A program made the translations under genes and the position numbers. The notes beneath the pieces were generated by a model, which searched no databases, was not told the origin of the DNA, and saw nothing but the letters and a program-made list of their open reading frames with translations. This document shows positions 13,324 to 34,831 of a DNA stretch of 64,000 bases, in pieces. How positions within the stretch are numbered: the stretch's first letter is position 1; each line of letters opens with the position of its first letter. Source of the DNA: Lingula anatina (lineage: Eukaryota > Animalia > Brachiopoda); assembly GCA_051362555.1 (NCBI GenBank), contig CM120648.1:3406587-3470586 (forward strand), in the 5' to 3' direction.

Positions 13324-16164
13324 TAAGTGAAGTATTAAAGTGCATGATACAAATTGGTACATAAATAAGAAAAATGGAAGAAGAAATGTTAACCATTCCT
13401 GATTATTGCCTATAAATTTGTTTTTGGTAATGCTACATGTGCAAGCCAGCAACTTAAGCTGGGTTCTCAATTTTCTTCTTTCTTTCTTTCTTTTCCTTTT
13501 TTTTTTCTGAGATAACAAGAGCATGAGACATGCTGATAGACAGCGCCCTCTGTGAGGTGATATTGTTGGGTTGCTGTTCTCGACTTATCAGCAGGGGAAG
13601 CTTGTTTGTGCTGTCACAATGTTGCCAGAATCAGATAGACCCATTGGCTAATTTAAACCCTGGAATCTGTTTCAGGTGAAAAAAGCTTTAAGTCAAAACT
13701 TAAAAAGCATTTTAATATACTGTTAGTCCAGGTTTGTCCCCTGTTGTAAACTATACATAAATTTAAGTCTGTGTTGAAGTGAGTTTACTTAATTAGCTTC
13801 TGTATTTCTAATTTCTTGTGATATCGTGATTTTAAATGTCCTCATTAAATGACCTGCAGATTTCACTGCCTCTGGGTGTGCTTTTTTTTCGGCTGGGAAG
13901 GGGGGGGGGCTAATACTGTAAGTTGCAGAAGTCCCTTCAGTCTTTTTTTTTCTGTTTATCTTAGTCATCTTGTATTATATTACTAGGCCAGAGGCTGTGT
14001 AATGTTCTACAATCTTTGTTGCCTAAAGCAGTATGTAGAAAAGAATTGAACATTTTTGCTCCTGTGAACCAAACTGAGTACTTCCTGTGCAGATAACTTC
14101 AAGAACTTGCTATGCTACAAACAAAGTAACAACTTAATGTCATCTCTCTGTCTCTCTCTCTCTATCCCCTTAGTCTGATAGGCCTACCCTATAAAACTTA
14201 TGTATAATTAAGGGTAAATGTATAATGCACTAACTTTAGAAATCTGTCTTATTTTGGGTATTTTTAATTTTAAAGAGAAGACCAGGGTTTGGTCCAAAGT
14301 TCTTTTGAGAAACTTGCCCCATAGGGTATTTTCTGTCATTCCATCCTGGTAATTTCAAACATGCAGCAGTGGATTGGAGGAAATAATTTCTTATCGTAGC
14401 CCTCAAGCCTGTTCACAGCTGAGGCCAGACAAAATTGAGAAGTTGTTAAAGGGCGCAACTGACACTAATTTGGGAAAAATTACAAAATTCCTGATATTGG
14501 GAAAATTTTTTTCAATTTTTATTTTAAATGGGAAAAAAATCTATTGAGGATTGGTTTGAGTTTAATTGGTTAAAGTGGGAGACATATATAGTTGACCCCA
14601 GAAAAAAAAACAATGCTCTTGTTTCTATTCTGTGAAATTGCCTCAACACCGTAGATTAGACATTTCCTCCTCACTAAAATAAAATTAAATTAAAAAAACA
14701 ACAAAGAATAAAAACATTCACTGACTGTGAAGTCAAGCTGTTTTGCTCGTTGCACATCAAATGTTTTAAAAACAAATCAAAAATTGCTTAGAGAGTGTTG
14801 CCTCTCGTTAACCAACTTATCAGTTTTCTCTGGCCTAACTGGGCTTGTCCAAGTAGAGGGTGTGTGATGTCAGCTCTTTGGTCATTGAAAGTTCACTTGA
14901 GAAAAATATGAGAAAAATAGTCAGCCCAAATTTTTTCTCTGAAGTCCAAACTTTCCCTTAAAGCCTAGTCATGTTGTATCATGTTGTTTTTTGTTCCACT
15001 GTCTGTCATTGTTGTTTGAAGTTTACATGGTTGAGATGAAGAAAAATTCATTGGGCCCTAACTCCCAGTGACATTTTTCTCCGATTGACTTGTTTGTTTC
15101 AAAAACGTTTTTTAGAATGTCATCCCCATGAAATCATGTACTTGGACTAGCAAATGCCTTTAGGTGTTTAGATATTCAGAGAGAAAAAAAATCACTAAAA
15201 CAAAAGATGTTCGTGTAGAGCTAAGAGTTTTAAGCTTTCAACACTTTTAGTTTTTCTTGATATTTATTATGAAAAAAAAGTGTTATTCACTATATTCATA
15301 GTTTTTCTTGTTTTTAATTATAAAAAATGACAGGCTTACATGGTAATAATGATGAAGGAAATGAAAATGCACATCAGCAAAGATCATCAAAAGTTTAGAA
15401 ATTTTAAAAGAAGAAGAGTTATAACAGGTATAGGAAAATGAGTAGACATTTGTAAAACTAGATAAAGCAAGATGAGAAAAAGCAAGAAAATGAGATTAAG
15501 ATGAAAAAAAGAAATAGCATGAAGGTTTCTGGATCCAGAATAGAGTAAACTTACAGCAATAGGTTATCAGACTTGCTGTAGGCAGCTAGAAAACCAATTA
15601 ATCTAGTTTTGAGTTAACTGAAATCTCCTGCACATTTTTGGCACACTTTACCAAAAGGTTAGATAAGCAGGGAGAGCAAACTCAAATATCACAGTTGCTA
15701 TAAATATGCTACTGCTTGTCAACAAATTTACCGCGAGTGTTGATTTATACTTGAAATCTCATTATATTGTTGGGGTTAGGAGGTGTAATCGTTCTTATTA
15801 CATTACGTTTCTTGATCATTTGAATTTGAGTTTCAGTGACTGACACTTGTCAGAGGAGTTTTTTTAACCTCTAAAAAATGTCAAAATGTAATGTGTGGCT
15901 TTGGATGGGTATATGTTGATGTTTGAAAAATAATAACATGGGATATAATATTTTGAATAGTTCATGCACAGCAAAGAGGTCAATATAAAGACTATGATAT
16001 AGTTCTTGTTTTATGGTGGTTAAAATATTCTGTATCGAAGTCTCTGCATTTGTCAGTTTGTGAAAATATGCTGTATTCATTTATTACATTAAATTTTTTT
16101 TCATCATATCATATATATGATTTTAAATTTGTCATTGCTTTAAGAATATTTCATCTTGCTTCAG

Positions 16165-24469
<8,305 letters not shown>

Positions 24470-27400
24470 GGTCAAGGTGATATAATTTAGGTCAAGGTCA
24501 AGGTGGCATTGTTTGGGTTAAGGTCTCTCAAAGGCCATTGCTCTCCACTGATGTTTGAATGGGATTATGCCAAGCTCTTTTTGAGAAATTGAGATCTATT
24601 TGTTGTACGATGTCATTGTAAAAATTACTAAGGAATAATATTTTTTCTAGAAGATGACTAAAATTGGAAATTGGAATTTGCTCCTTTCTTTGTTTGAATA
24701 ATTATGCAATATGTTTTGGTGCTGCCTGCTTAGCGAAGCTTTTTCAAGACATTGTGCAAGTTTTATGTAATCAGATTCAAACTAATATGATGAGACAATC
24801 TACTTATTCAAAGGGGAGACTGTTTCGTTTAGGATTTTTCTCTTTTTTTTTTTTCTTTAGTACGTTCTGATATTTTAGCCATTTTACAGAAACCCAACAG
24901 TGATTTTTTATTCCGCTGGCTCTCTGTTACTTCATTGATTTGGTCTTCATGGAATACCATATATTTTGTGTGCAATATGCTACTGTAGTATACAATAATC
25001 ATATACAAATTATCCAAATGCTACTACACTTACTGTTATTTTTTATTTGTGCAGTCATGTCATAAAATGTTTGTATGATATGACATGACCATGACATTTT
25101 TTTTCATAAAATCAGTGAAGTTTTTTGAGTGTCATGATTGTAGTTATAGTTTAGACATATTATCATTTCATCAGTTTGGTGATAATTGTTATGTAATAGA
25201 TATTGAATATGACATGTTGCAGACACATGCGGCACATGCACTATCTAAAGACTAAAGAAATTGATAGTCAAAACTTCATAGAAGTTTTCTTATAGTTGCC
25301 AGGCCCATATTGGGGGGGGGTACAAAAGACTGCTGTAATGACCTGGAAAATGGCCCACTCATAGATAAAATTTGGTGCAGGTTTATGAACATGCAGAGGT
25401 TTCATGGTTAAAAAAAGGTTCGCTTTTTTCAAAACAAAAAAAAAAAATTAATAATACCCCCCCCCCTTTGTTGCTGTTGTTACTGTTGTTGAAATAAATG
25501 TAATCTGTATTTGATGTGCAATTGATGGTATTTGTGTGTGTGCCATGTGACGTTTCAATCTGATCAAAGACATCTGTGCCTTCATTTTAAATTAAGAACA
25601 AAATCGGTGCAAATCTTTGAAATACTCAGCCAAATCACTGAAGCCAAGAACAAGTTGCTAGTCTCTAATAACTAGTTTTGACCTTTTTAATGAAATCTGT
25701 ACAGTAGTAAAAATTATCAGTTTTTGCCAATGTCAGTTTTATATGTTTTTCAACAGCAGTTTATTATGTGCATTAATGAATTTATTTTAAACTTTGATTT
25801 CACATGTCTGAATTCTCCTGTTTTACCCCTCTAGTTGAAAATACATTGAGTACCACATATGCTGGGATAAAAGGGGTATATATATATACACCAGTTAATT
25901 GAAGATTAGATTGTTAAATGGCAAGTATAGTTTGTTAATAGTATTTATTATAATCTGTGGACCAGATCTGAATTTTAAATGATGATTAGGGTTTAAGTTA
26001 TTCTAAATTTATTTAAAATATGTTATACGTAGAGCTGTATATGTAGTCCAAGTAAGAGACAGAAACAGATGAGTCTGAATGATGAAAACAAAATGATTTT
26101 GGAGTCATTTATGTGAGATAAAGGCCAAGACTCTGTAGCAGTAGAATGTGTCATGCTGTGACATTTAGTTTGTATGTCAACCAATCCACTCGTATGGTAC
26201 TGAAGGATTATAATGAGCGCAAATTGTTTGCTTGTCAGTGATTAGAGAGAACATCTATCATCAGGCTTTGATTCTGATTTTTTTAACAATACTCAGCATA
26301 AAATATCTTTCTAGTCTAATTATGTTCTCATCATTTTCAATTGTAAATAAGGGATTGAACCTTGTGTGCATGCTGGTAGATTCTCATTTTTTCTATACCA
26401 TCTAAAATTGTGCCTTTTTCAAAATGGTCCCCATTCATAGCCGTGACTTTCTTGTCTGTAGCACAAACTCTGATCTTCATTTGTTGTATTGCCATACTGC
26501 GTTACTCTGAGTATGTTGGTAAGATGCCAATCACTGTCGTTACTCAGCAACTCTTGTTTAATATATATATATATATTTGTGATTCGGCTATCTTTTTTGT
26601 TTTGAGAACAGTGATAAGTACATGTAGGGGAAGATGGGGGATTTTTCAAAGCCACTGTGAAATGCCAAGTACATTTAGCTTGCTGAAATAATTATGGTGA
26701 TATTAATCTAAGACAGTGGGAGCCTAGTTCTGTATGTTTTTATCAACAGGTATTGATCCCTCAGTTAAGCTGTATGATAAGGAAAATGTCAGAACTATCG
26801 GATTTGCAGCTCAGTTTTATATTGCAATTACCTGGCTAGTTGTTTGAGGTATTTGTACCTGTTTTTGTGCTGCCTTTTTTTTCATTTATTTTTTCTTTAC
26901 AGTATATATGTATAAGTCATTTAGTCTGTCAGTGAGAGGGCAGATCCATGCTGCATGGTTCAAGAGAAGGGAGGTCAGTTTTTATTTAAACCCAAACGCC
27001 ACTTCTGGGAGTACCCTCTGTGGTTGCTTAAACTGGAGCAGTAGTAGTAATTTATTTTCGTGTAGTGTGGCAACATTAATAACAAAAAGTAATGCACAAT
27101 AAAAAGCACACAAACGTACACAAAGCTTATTACACAGTGCTGCTGATAAATTATACACGTAAATACTGAGAATGCACGTTGTACACAAAATCTACAACAA
27201 CTTCCACGGTGGCTTCACATAGCTCATATACACTATTAAAATTGAGTTCATACTGCTCTCTTAGTTGTTTGGTCATAGGGCATTCAATCAGAATATGTTT
27301 TTTTATTTTTTTTATTTTTTAGCGGTACATTGTGCATGTTTCAGATTTGCTTTTGTGGTGAATCATCTGAAGCCCCCCCCCCCCCCCCTCCAATCTCTGA

Positions 27401-27501
27401 AACTGATTCTTTCATCAAGTTGATCTCTAGTCATATATGTCATTCAGTGTCTTGGGCTTTCAGTGCTTCATTTGTTGTCATTATTTCAATTGACCTTCAT
27501 G

Positions 27502-27670
27502 CAGGGGCGGATTTAGGGAGTCTTCTGGGTGTTCCAGAAGACGGTCGGATTTTCATGTTTACATTGACGGGTATCTAATATTTTCTGTCGGAAGACGGTC
27601 AAAAAATGGAGGATTGATTAACAAAGATAATTTGGAAGACTGTCAGAAAATATCTTTGGATCCGCCCCTG
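27502..27670. mobile_element. hAT-like MITE with 5-bp TSD, family A copy 1
   Basis: TIR CAGGGGCGGAT...ATCCGCCCCTG; flanks TCATG / TCATG. Confidence 0.82.
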
Positions 27671-28406
27671 TCATGGCGGTTTGTTTTTGAGACATCATTC
27701 TGGTTAATCAGTGATTGCAGCAGATGTAGTAGTTATAGTACTTTGTGTGTTCTTGGTGGCCTTAATTTACCAAAATGTTTGAGTGAAATGTGCCATTTTT
27801 GGTGAAACAATATAATGTAGCATGATCAAAACAGACTCGTCACTTAAAAGATCATCTTTCTGTTGTAATGATGCACAATAACATTCATAGTAGAAGTGAA
27901 AATAGATAATTTCCTGTCAAGCCACACTTACTAGTACTTATTTAATCCTAGAATCTGTATTCCTTAAGCAGGTACTTGTAATTTTTAGCATCATAAATGT
28001 ATAAAAACCTGTTGATCTCTTTCTGATACTTTATATCACAATTATCAATTATCTAAAGGAATATCAATTTTGCAGCAGTGTGCCTTGTTATTAAATCAGT
28101 AATGTATGCTGTGCATGCAAGTTTTTATCCATTGTACAGGTCAAAATAATCGTCTGCTTTTTGTTATCTAATCTGAAGCGTTGCATAATTTGCAAGGAGT
28201 CATAGGCCTGATCTCATTTTTGTAATCTGCCATAAATTTCTTGCAGTGTTCGTTTCAGTAACATGAAATGTAGATATTTAACACGTAATAATTCTCGATG
28301 CAGTTATTTACGTAGGTATCATCATAGAAGAAAGCTCATTACCTTACTACGGTATCAGTAGATTGCTTGTACGAAGTACGACATTATAGCTCTAATGGTC
28401 GTCAAA

Positions 28407-28747
28407 TTTCAGAAAATTACGTGTTCGAAACTCGTTCTTGGCCAAACTGTGGATTAATCATTTTGTTGTTCAGTAGGCCTATTGCTTCACATCTTTGTAA
28501 AAGATACTGTAAGCACATAATCACCCTATTGGTGGTGAAACGGACACAGTAAGCAGTGTGTAGATCGAAGCACCACATTCGTTCTCTTATGTTCATCATT
28601 TTTCAGAAATTTACTCGTACGGAAACTCGATTTTGGTCAAACTGTGGATTAATCATTTTGTTGTACAGTAGGCGTATTGCATCACATCCTTGTAATCCCT
28701 TCTTAAGCTCATAAGCAAGCCTTATAGTGGTGAAACGGATGCAGTAA
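28407..28747. repeat. Diverged direct duplication of a ~145-bp unit (28407-28551 and 28601-28747)
   Basis: Shared blocks CAAACTGTGGATTAATCATTTTGTTGT and GTGGTGAAACGGA. Confidence 0.8.
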
Positions 28748-29354
28748 ACCTCGCCTCTCACTCCAGCAGTTTTCGTACATGTAGCAACCAAATTAAACAA
28801 TGTTTGTCAATCTTTGCTTGGTGTTTTGCACAGTGACTTTTTATGATTTGAATACATGTGCAGAACCGAGATTGGAACAATATGTTTTTGCTGTTATTTT
28901 TTATCTATCTGTTTATTATCATTTAGTGGAGTATATGTTGATATCAAAATAAACATTTCATATTTCATTTGCGCATGTTTATCATGCAAACGAGTGTTAT
29001 GGGGGCTCATAAAAAGGCTAGATATATAAGATGGAGGCTAATGTTTTACTGTATTTGGGTCATTTTTTAGTTATGGTTCTGAAGCCATGTAGGGCGTCTT
29101 AGATGTACATGTATTGTATGAAATCGCCGAAGTCATAGACGGTTGCATATTTCCGTCTATTGTTTACTTGAAGAGAGGTAAATCTTGGCCTTCTGTTATA
29201 TTTATATATACAGGTACATAAAGATATAATTAGTGTCCCAATAATTTGTTTTTGAGATTCCTGTCAGATACATTTTCCCTGATTATTTCTCTGCTGATGA
29301 CCTGTTGAAGTTTGCAAGTGTAATATTTTGTTGAGAATTTATATCAAATGTATG

Positions 29355-29360
29355 AATAAA
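29355..29360 (+). promoter_or_regulatory. Candidate distal poly(A) signal of ACAP (implies a 3' UTR of up to ~4.9 kb; another AATAAA at 28948)
   Basis: AATAAA followed by a GT/T-rich downstream element (ctgtgtgtgcagttatttttt), located where the CpG-poor domain ends. Confidence 0.4.
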
Positions 29361-29587
29361 AATGTAGAAAATCTACTGTGTGTGCAGTTATTTTTTACTT
29401 TTTACCGAAACTTATCCGTCAAGAACGTCACTTAACGTATACCCTCTACAAAGGCCACATATTTTCTTACTAAATATTCACAGATATTTCTTTAATCCAC
29501 TGCCCATTTCTGTGCAGTGAGAATTTTTGAGCAGAAATGACAGCGTCAACTGGCACATAGACGAGGGTGCCTAATGGCATACGTAAG

Positions 29588-29623
<36 letters not shown>

Positions 29624-30411
29624 GAAAAAAATCAATTTCTGTGTCGGTTATCTTAAGATTCCATGTAAAATGTGAAGTGAAATGTGACCGGGTTGCGCAA
29701 CATGACCACAGGCATAAGCAAAATAATATATTTAACATATCTTGAATGCAGGGCTGTTGATAGGCACTCTGTTTACACAGGATCCGTAAGTAATCCGTTC
29801 AAATTTAAAATTATTGTGTGGCATATTCTTCGATTTTGTAAGCTATTGAGATAATGGAGGGTAATTGAGGCAAATTCCCCTTCTTTCTGGCTTCTGTTGT
29901 GCGTATAATTTTCAAAGTTGAACGTCCGCGTGCGCTTATGCCAAATATTTTTGTTTGCAACAACGTCACATAAGTCACAGCGCGCGGGCGATAGGCTTAT
30001 TATTGCAGGAAACACGGGCTTTGTAATTTCACTCTGCATGTCTATATTTGTCCGTTTATTCTGCTGTTTTCTCGGAATCGTGATGCCGCATGCCGTGACC
30101 GTAGAGAACACGCGTTTCTCGTTTCCTCCATCTAAACTCTCAATTATCTTGCTTTGTGTGACATGTTGTGTTGACGAAGTTCATATCAGTGCATCCCTTT
30201 CACCAAAATGACAGTTATGTAAAAATATTAATTCAAGAACATGTGCACTTCAACAACAGGCTTTAAACAGCTGGAAGAGAAATAGTCCGAATAACAAGAG
30301 AGAAAAAAATTAATAAATAAGTAGAGAAAATAAAAAGTAGAGATTTTTCAAATTTTCTTGAAAAATATGTGTAATGCACATGCATGGTCTAAAAAAATCT
30401 AAAAGTTACAT

Positions 30412-30727
30412 CAGGCCTACCCAACTACCAGACTCGGCACCTACGGATCCAGAATAAACCGGTATATCAGACCACACTACCCGTTTTCAAGGTGTGTGTC
30501 AGATCGCATTACGGAGTATCTTACCCCATCACAATTTTTGTAGGTCTACCTGTCATCCGGGTATTGCTTACGATCATCGCTATAACATCGCGCGCCAGGC
30601 AAAATGGGTGAAGTGGCTGATACTCCGTAATGCGATCTGACACACACCTTGAAAACGGCTAGTGTGGTCTGATATACCGGTTTATTCTGGATCCGTAGGT
30701 GCCGCGTCTGATAGTTGGGTAGACCTG
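30412..30727. mobile_element. MITE with ~109-bp TIRs, CAGG termini and 5-bp TSD (hAT5-like, family B)
   Basis: CAGGCCTACCCAACTA...TAGTTGGGTAGACCTG; flanks TACAT / TACAT. Confidence 0.85.
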
Positions 30728-31219
30728 TACATGCGAAGTAAAATCGTCAAATGTTTAACATTTTGGCATGCCTGATCCCGGTTGTCTGCTAAAGCTAGAA
30801 TTCTGCTTCATGGTGTTGTTAGCAGACTCAACGTTTCATGAAAATTTATCTAGAAATTTCCTGAAAAATGTGAAGTGTGAGCTGTTGCCCATGGTGATAG
30901 TTTTATCCACCTTTCGGCTCCTTTTCATTATGGAGTTCGAACCACCCTGGTCTTCCGTGGAGAAAACGTAACAGCCAACGTTTACATGCATGCAAGCTGT
31001 GGTCGAAACTTTCTATTCAAGCATGACCATGTTCCATCTCATCGTACCAACAATTCTTCAAAGCCCAGGGATTCTAGGCAGAAAAAAGATACGAACAATG
31101 AGCTATGCAAGCAGAGCAAAATCATCTACAACTTATATCTGTTTGATACAAAGATGGCTTAATTTGCAACGGACAACTGAATAAACATATAAGAAACAAA
31201 AGCAGCATACATACTTTAA

Positions 31220-31434
31220 GGGCGCATTCCCATAGATTTTAGATCGATATATCCACGTGGGGAGTCTCAATAGATTACTGTCAGATAATCCGGCTTAAAT
31301 GTCCGTACCGCCTAGTACAAGCTGTAAGGGGGTAATTAACTTTCGTGCCCTCTCGGCTGACAGCTATTTTAGCGTGAACCCCCAGGGAGTTAGGTCGATC
31401 TAGTTGGATCGATCTAATCTCTGGGAATGGGGTC
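31220..31434. mobile_element. Harbinger-type MITE family 2, copy B
   Basis: Highly similar to 5821-6038; TSD TAA. Confidence 0.85.
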
Positions 31435-31833
31435 TAAGACAAGACTGCAAATTATAAATAGTTGTAGCGAAGGGATGTTGTTTTCTGGAAAAGTCAAAGT
31501 ATCACGTGGGCCGTCTCGCATGCCTGGCGTTCTCCCAGAAAAACCGAGGAATCCGTCGTTGTGACAACTTAGCTTTATCTGTCAGAAAAATTTACTGGGC
31601 ATTTCACGCGAAAACCGATGAAATCAGATAGTGAAGTCATTTAAGAGAAAGTTGTGGTACGTTACATTACATTTTTGTACTTTCACCAAGCTTTATAATA
31701 CATGTATTTGATAACTGTTTGATAACTGCCTGGTACGAGAGAAAATCACAAAACCGACAACAGTATTTTTCTCCTCAAAATCCCGTCAGCTGTTGGACAC
31801 TGTACTTTATCTCTACAGTTGACTAGACTTTTG

Positions 31834-31882
<49 letters not shown>

Positions 31883-32704
31883 TAGAAAATTGGTACAGTT
31901 GAGTTGTTTCTATGATTTTATCATTCCCTCTCACCCTCTTTAAGTCGCGCTTTTCCAGTTGAGATTCACGTTTGTCTTATATTGTACCCTATCAAAGTAT
32001 TCGAACTGATTATAAATACTCATAAAAACTCATAAAACCCTCGTCTAAGCCCTCTTTTATCCCGTCTTGGGGGACCCTTTTATCGATAGCTAATCTCTGT
32101 TAGCCAGTGTGCAGAGTTGGGTCGTGCTAAGGTACATCCACCAAACACCACTGGAAACGGGTCTCACTTTTGTACCGCTAAAATCAGAGCCTGTCCCTTT
32201 CGGAGCCCCGTTTCAAAATCAGGACTGATACGGTTTTACTGTAGATACTCTGCTATAGTGGAAGGGATATCATCGCCAAAGCTGACAAAGAATTGTTCTC
32301 TTATCAGCCCGAGCGGCGACTGTACACATTCTTCTATCTACAAGCAGGAGTGTATGGGATAAGATATGTGTATTTCGACAGTACACATGCATATACAGTG
32401 CTTGGATTATACATTACTGCATTGGTAGTGTAGCTTATTAATGGTATGTATAGAGAGTTAGGCCTATCCAATTAAGTCTTGCTGTGCTTTATACTGCCTC
32501 GAGCGTGGATACACTGAAATGTTTAGAGAGTATTTTAGCCTGGAACCAGTGGTTTAAACCCATGATGATGTATTGCCACGTGACAGCAAACACGTTATCT
32601 GAATTAACCTACGTGTAGCTTGGAGAAATTCTTGCTACGAGGTCTGTGTGAACAAGTATTATTTTTTCTACAAAGTCTGGAACCTTGTTGCACCCTTGTA
32701 CCAC

Positions 32705-32791
32705 TCCGGTCCGTATATACTAATATAACGTACTAGTATATACGTTATATTAGTATATACGGACCGGATATACTAATATAACGTACTAGTA
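32705..32791. repeat. Perfect 28-bp inverted repeat plus a 24-bp direct re-copy
   Basis: 32705-32732 is the reverse complement of 32741-32768; 32768-32791 is identical to 32715-32738. Confidence 0.9.
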
Positions 32792-32844
32792 CAACAGAAG
32801 TGTTTAGAAACGCCAAATCTAAGCAATTTAATATATGTACAAAC

Positions 32845-33003
32845 CAGGGGCGGATCTAGAGATATTTTCTGACAGTCTTCCAAATTATCTTTGTTGATCC
32901 ATCTTCCATTTTTGACCGTCTTCCGGCAGAAAACATTACATGGCTGACAATGTAAACTTGAAAATCTGACCGTCTTCCAGAAGACGGTCTAAATCCGCCC
33001 CTG
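32845..33003. mobile_element. hAT-like MITE with 5-bp TSD, family A copy 2 (opposite orientation)
   Basis: Reverse-complement match to 27502-27670; flanks CAAAC / CCAAC. Confidence 0.8.
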
Positions 33004-33201
33004 CCAACGATGCAGGGATGGGGTGGGTGCATTTATAACAAAATAGCCTATTCAACTCAATGCTTCACTAAAAAGAAAATGGTCACACTCTGATTATCAG
33101 AATGACACGCGTATTTTCCCAATTATTCTGGGTACTGACAGCTCAATCTGAGCTAAGGCCTACATGTACTGCATTGTAGTAGTTACACACTGTAGGTCTA
33201 A

Positions 33202-33371
33202 GGGATCGTTCACACCTCATGGTATTGAGTAGAATATGGAAAAGCTGTGATTAATCGAGCACGTTAAAATCAAGAGAGGTATGTCAGTGCTGATTTGATT
33301 TCATTCAGCGAGCGTCCCCTTAAAGTTAGTGCACATTGGCTTGGTAGATAAAATTCGTTGTGAATGGCCCC
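33202..33371. mobile_element. MITE related to family 3 (core in reverse orientation, different TIRs)
   Basis: GGGATCGTTCACA...TGTGAATGGCCCC ends; interior is the reverse complement of the family-3 core. Confidence 0.5.
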
Positions 33372-33547
33372 TATAAAGGCTCTCCACTTGCTGCCCTACT
33401 TACTTATAATTCATAACTTTTGTTATCTCCAACCCCCACCTTAACAAGGATAGATTGACTGCGGTACGTACTTGAGTTGATGTGTTACGTGGCAAAGTCC
33501 TTCAATTTATGTACCATGTTAATTAATTGCCCCAATTAATTGCCACC

Positions 33548-33624
33548 GGAATTGCATTTAGCGAGAGTCCCCACGGAATTTGTATCAATCTACGTAGAAC
33601 GATAGTTTCAGGGGGAATGGGCCC
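33548..33624. mobile_element. MITE family 3 right-arm fragment
   Basis: TTGCATTTAGCGAGAGTCCCCACGGA...GGAATGGGCCC. Confidence 0.6.
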
Positions 33625-34302
33625 TTCCACCACTATAATATAATAACATCACAGTTGCGTATTGTCTGTAATGATAAGAATTGATAAAAAGGAGTGAAAG
33701 TCTACTTGATATCAGAACATTATCGGCCTTTGAACGATAAATGCTGCGTAACTGATTGGGATGTACATGTAAATATACATTGTATTGTCTGGTTTCTGTA
33801 TTATAGGCACTGCATGCGCCCCCGAATTTCTCTCTGTGATATCCTAAGAAATGACTTAAAACTACGGAAAAGAGGCGATCTCTCTTCGAATGTGCTGGTA
33901 TTGCTTTGTGTTTATTGCATATATTGGGAATAGAGGATTTCCAGCCGCCTAAATGTTCTCATTGGTCTCTCAAGTGGCACTCGACGCTCTCGTAATCAAG
34001 AAATGATCTAATCCGTGACTTTGCCCCGGGGAATTTAGATCGGTGGTAGGTTTTTAAAATATAAAATACACATTGAAGTTGTTGAAATTCGGATTTGACA
34101 AACTGCTCTTTCAATCCGATTTAATCAAACGATTGACATAGTAAAAACATCGTTAAGCCTTGTTGCAGAATTGCGCAACAAGAGAATTGCGTGAGAATAA
34201 AGACGCTTTTCAAGGACCACTAGAACAACGGCTTGAATAACCGTAGCTGTAACATTGGCAATATTTTTGTTTAACACGGAAACTACACATCAGATTTTAA
34301 AA

Positions 34303-34831
34303 ATGGAGATGGACGCAGCGGATACGCAGAACACGATGGAGGAGCGGCTTTACCTAATCCAGCCATCACATCGCGAGAATTCTCGTGATCATGAACCCGG
34401 CGACATTGATATGCAAATCTGCTGTTTCAAAGTCTCCCCCCGGGCTCACAACATCATCACCACTATCGTCAGTGTCATTTCCACCCTCTGTCTCTTCGTT
34501 TCGTACCCCATGGTCGATCAATCCTTAACAGAATGCGGAGGGGATTCGTACTTCCTAGTGGCCCATACAGTCTTATGGTCCGCCGTGCTGATGGTGCTTT
34601 ACGTTCTTGTTGCCAAGTTGTATGTTCAGCATGCAGTGTCGATCGTGCCGACGATTTTGTCCTTCAGAAGGGTGGTTCTGGTTGCTTTCCTGGCAGCTAC
34701 CGGAGGTCTCCTGCTGATGTACGCCTGCGAGGCCAACCACCTTCCCAGAACTCTAAAGGGGGTGGTCGCCTTGGCCTTGATTCCAATGGTTTGGATGTGC
34801 GGTTTGGCTGCAAAGTGGACTGGTCTTAAAG
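34303..34831 (+). CDS. CRT-like exon 1
   Basis: aaaATGG start in good Kozak context; donor AAAG|gtgggt. Confidence 0.82.

Noticed and set aside
13541-13557. CTCF-like motif CAGCGCCCTCTGTGAGG
   Set aside because: Single partial motif match; cannot be supported from sequence alone.
15330-15520. Purine-rich stretch considered as the missing BAR-domain exon
   Set aside because: Stops and no suitable splice sites; no BAR-like sequence was found anywhere in 1-16164.
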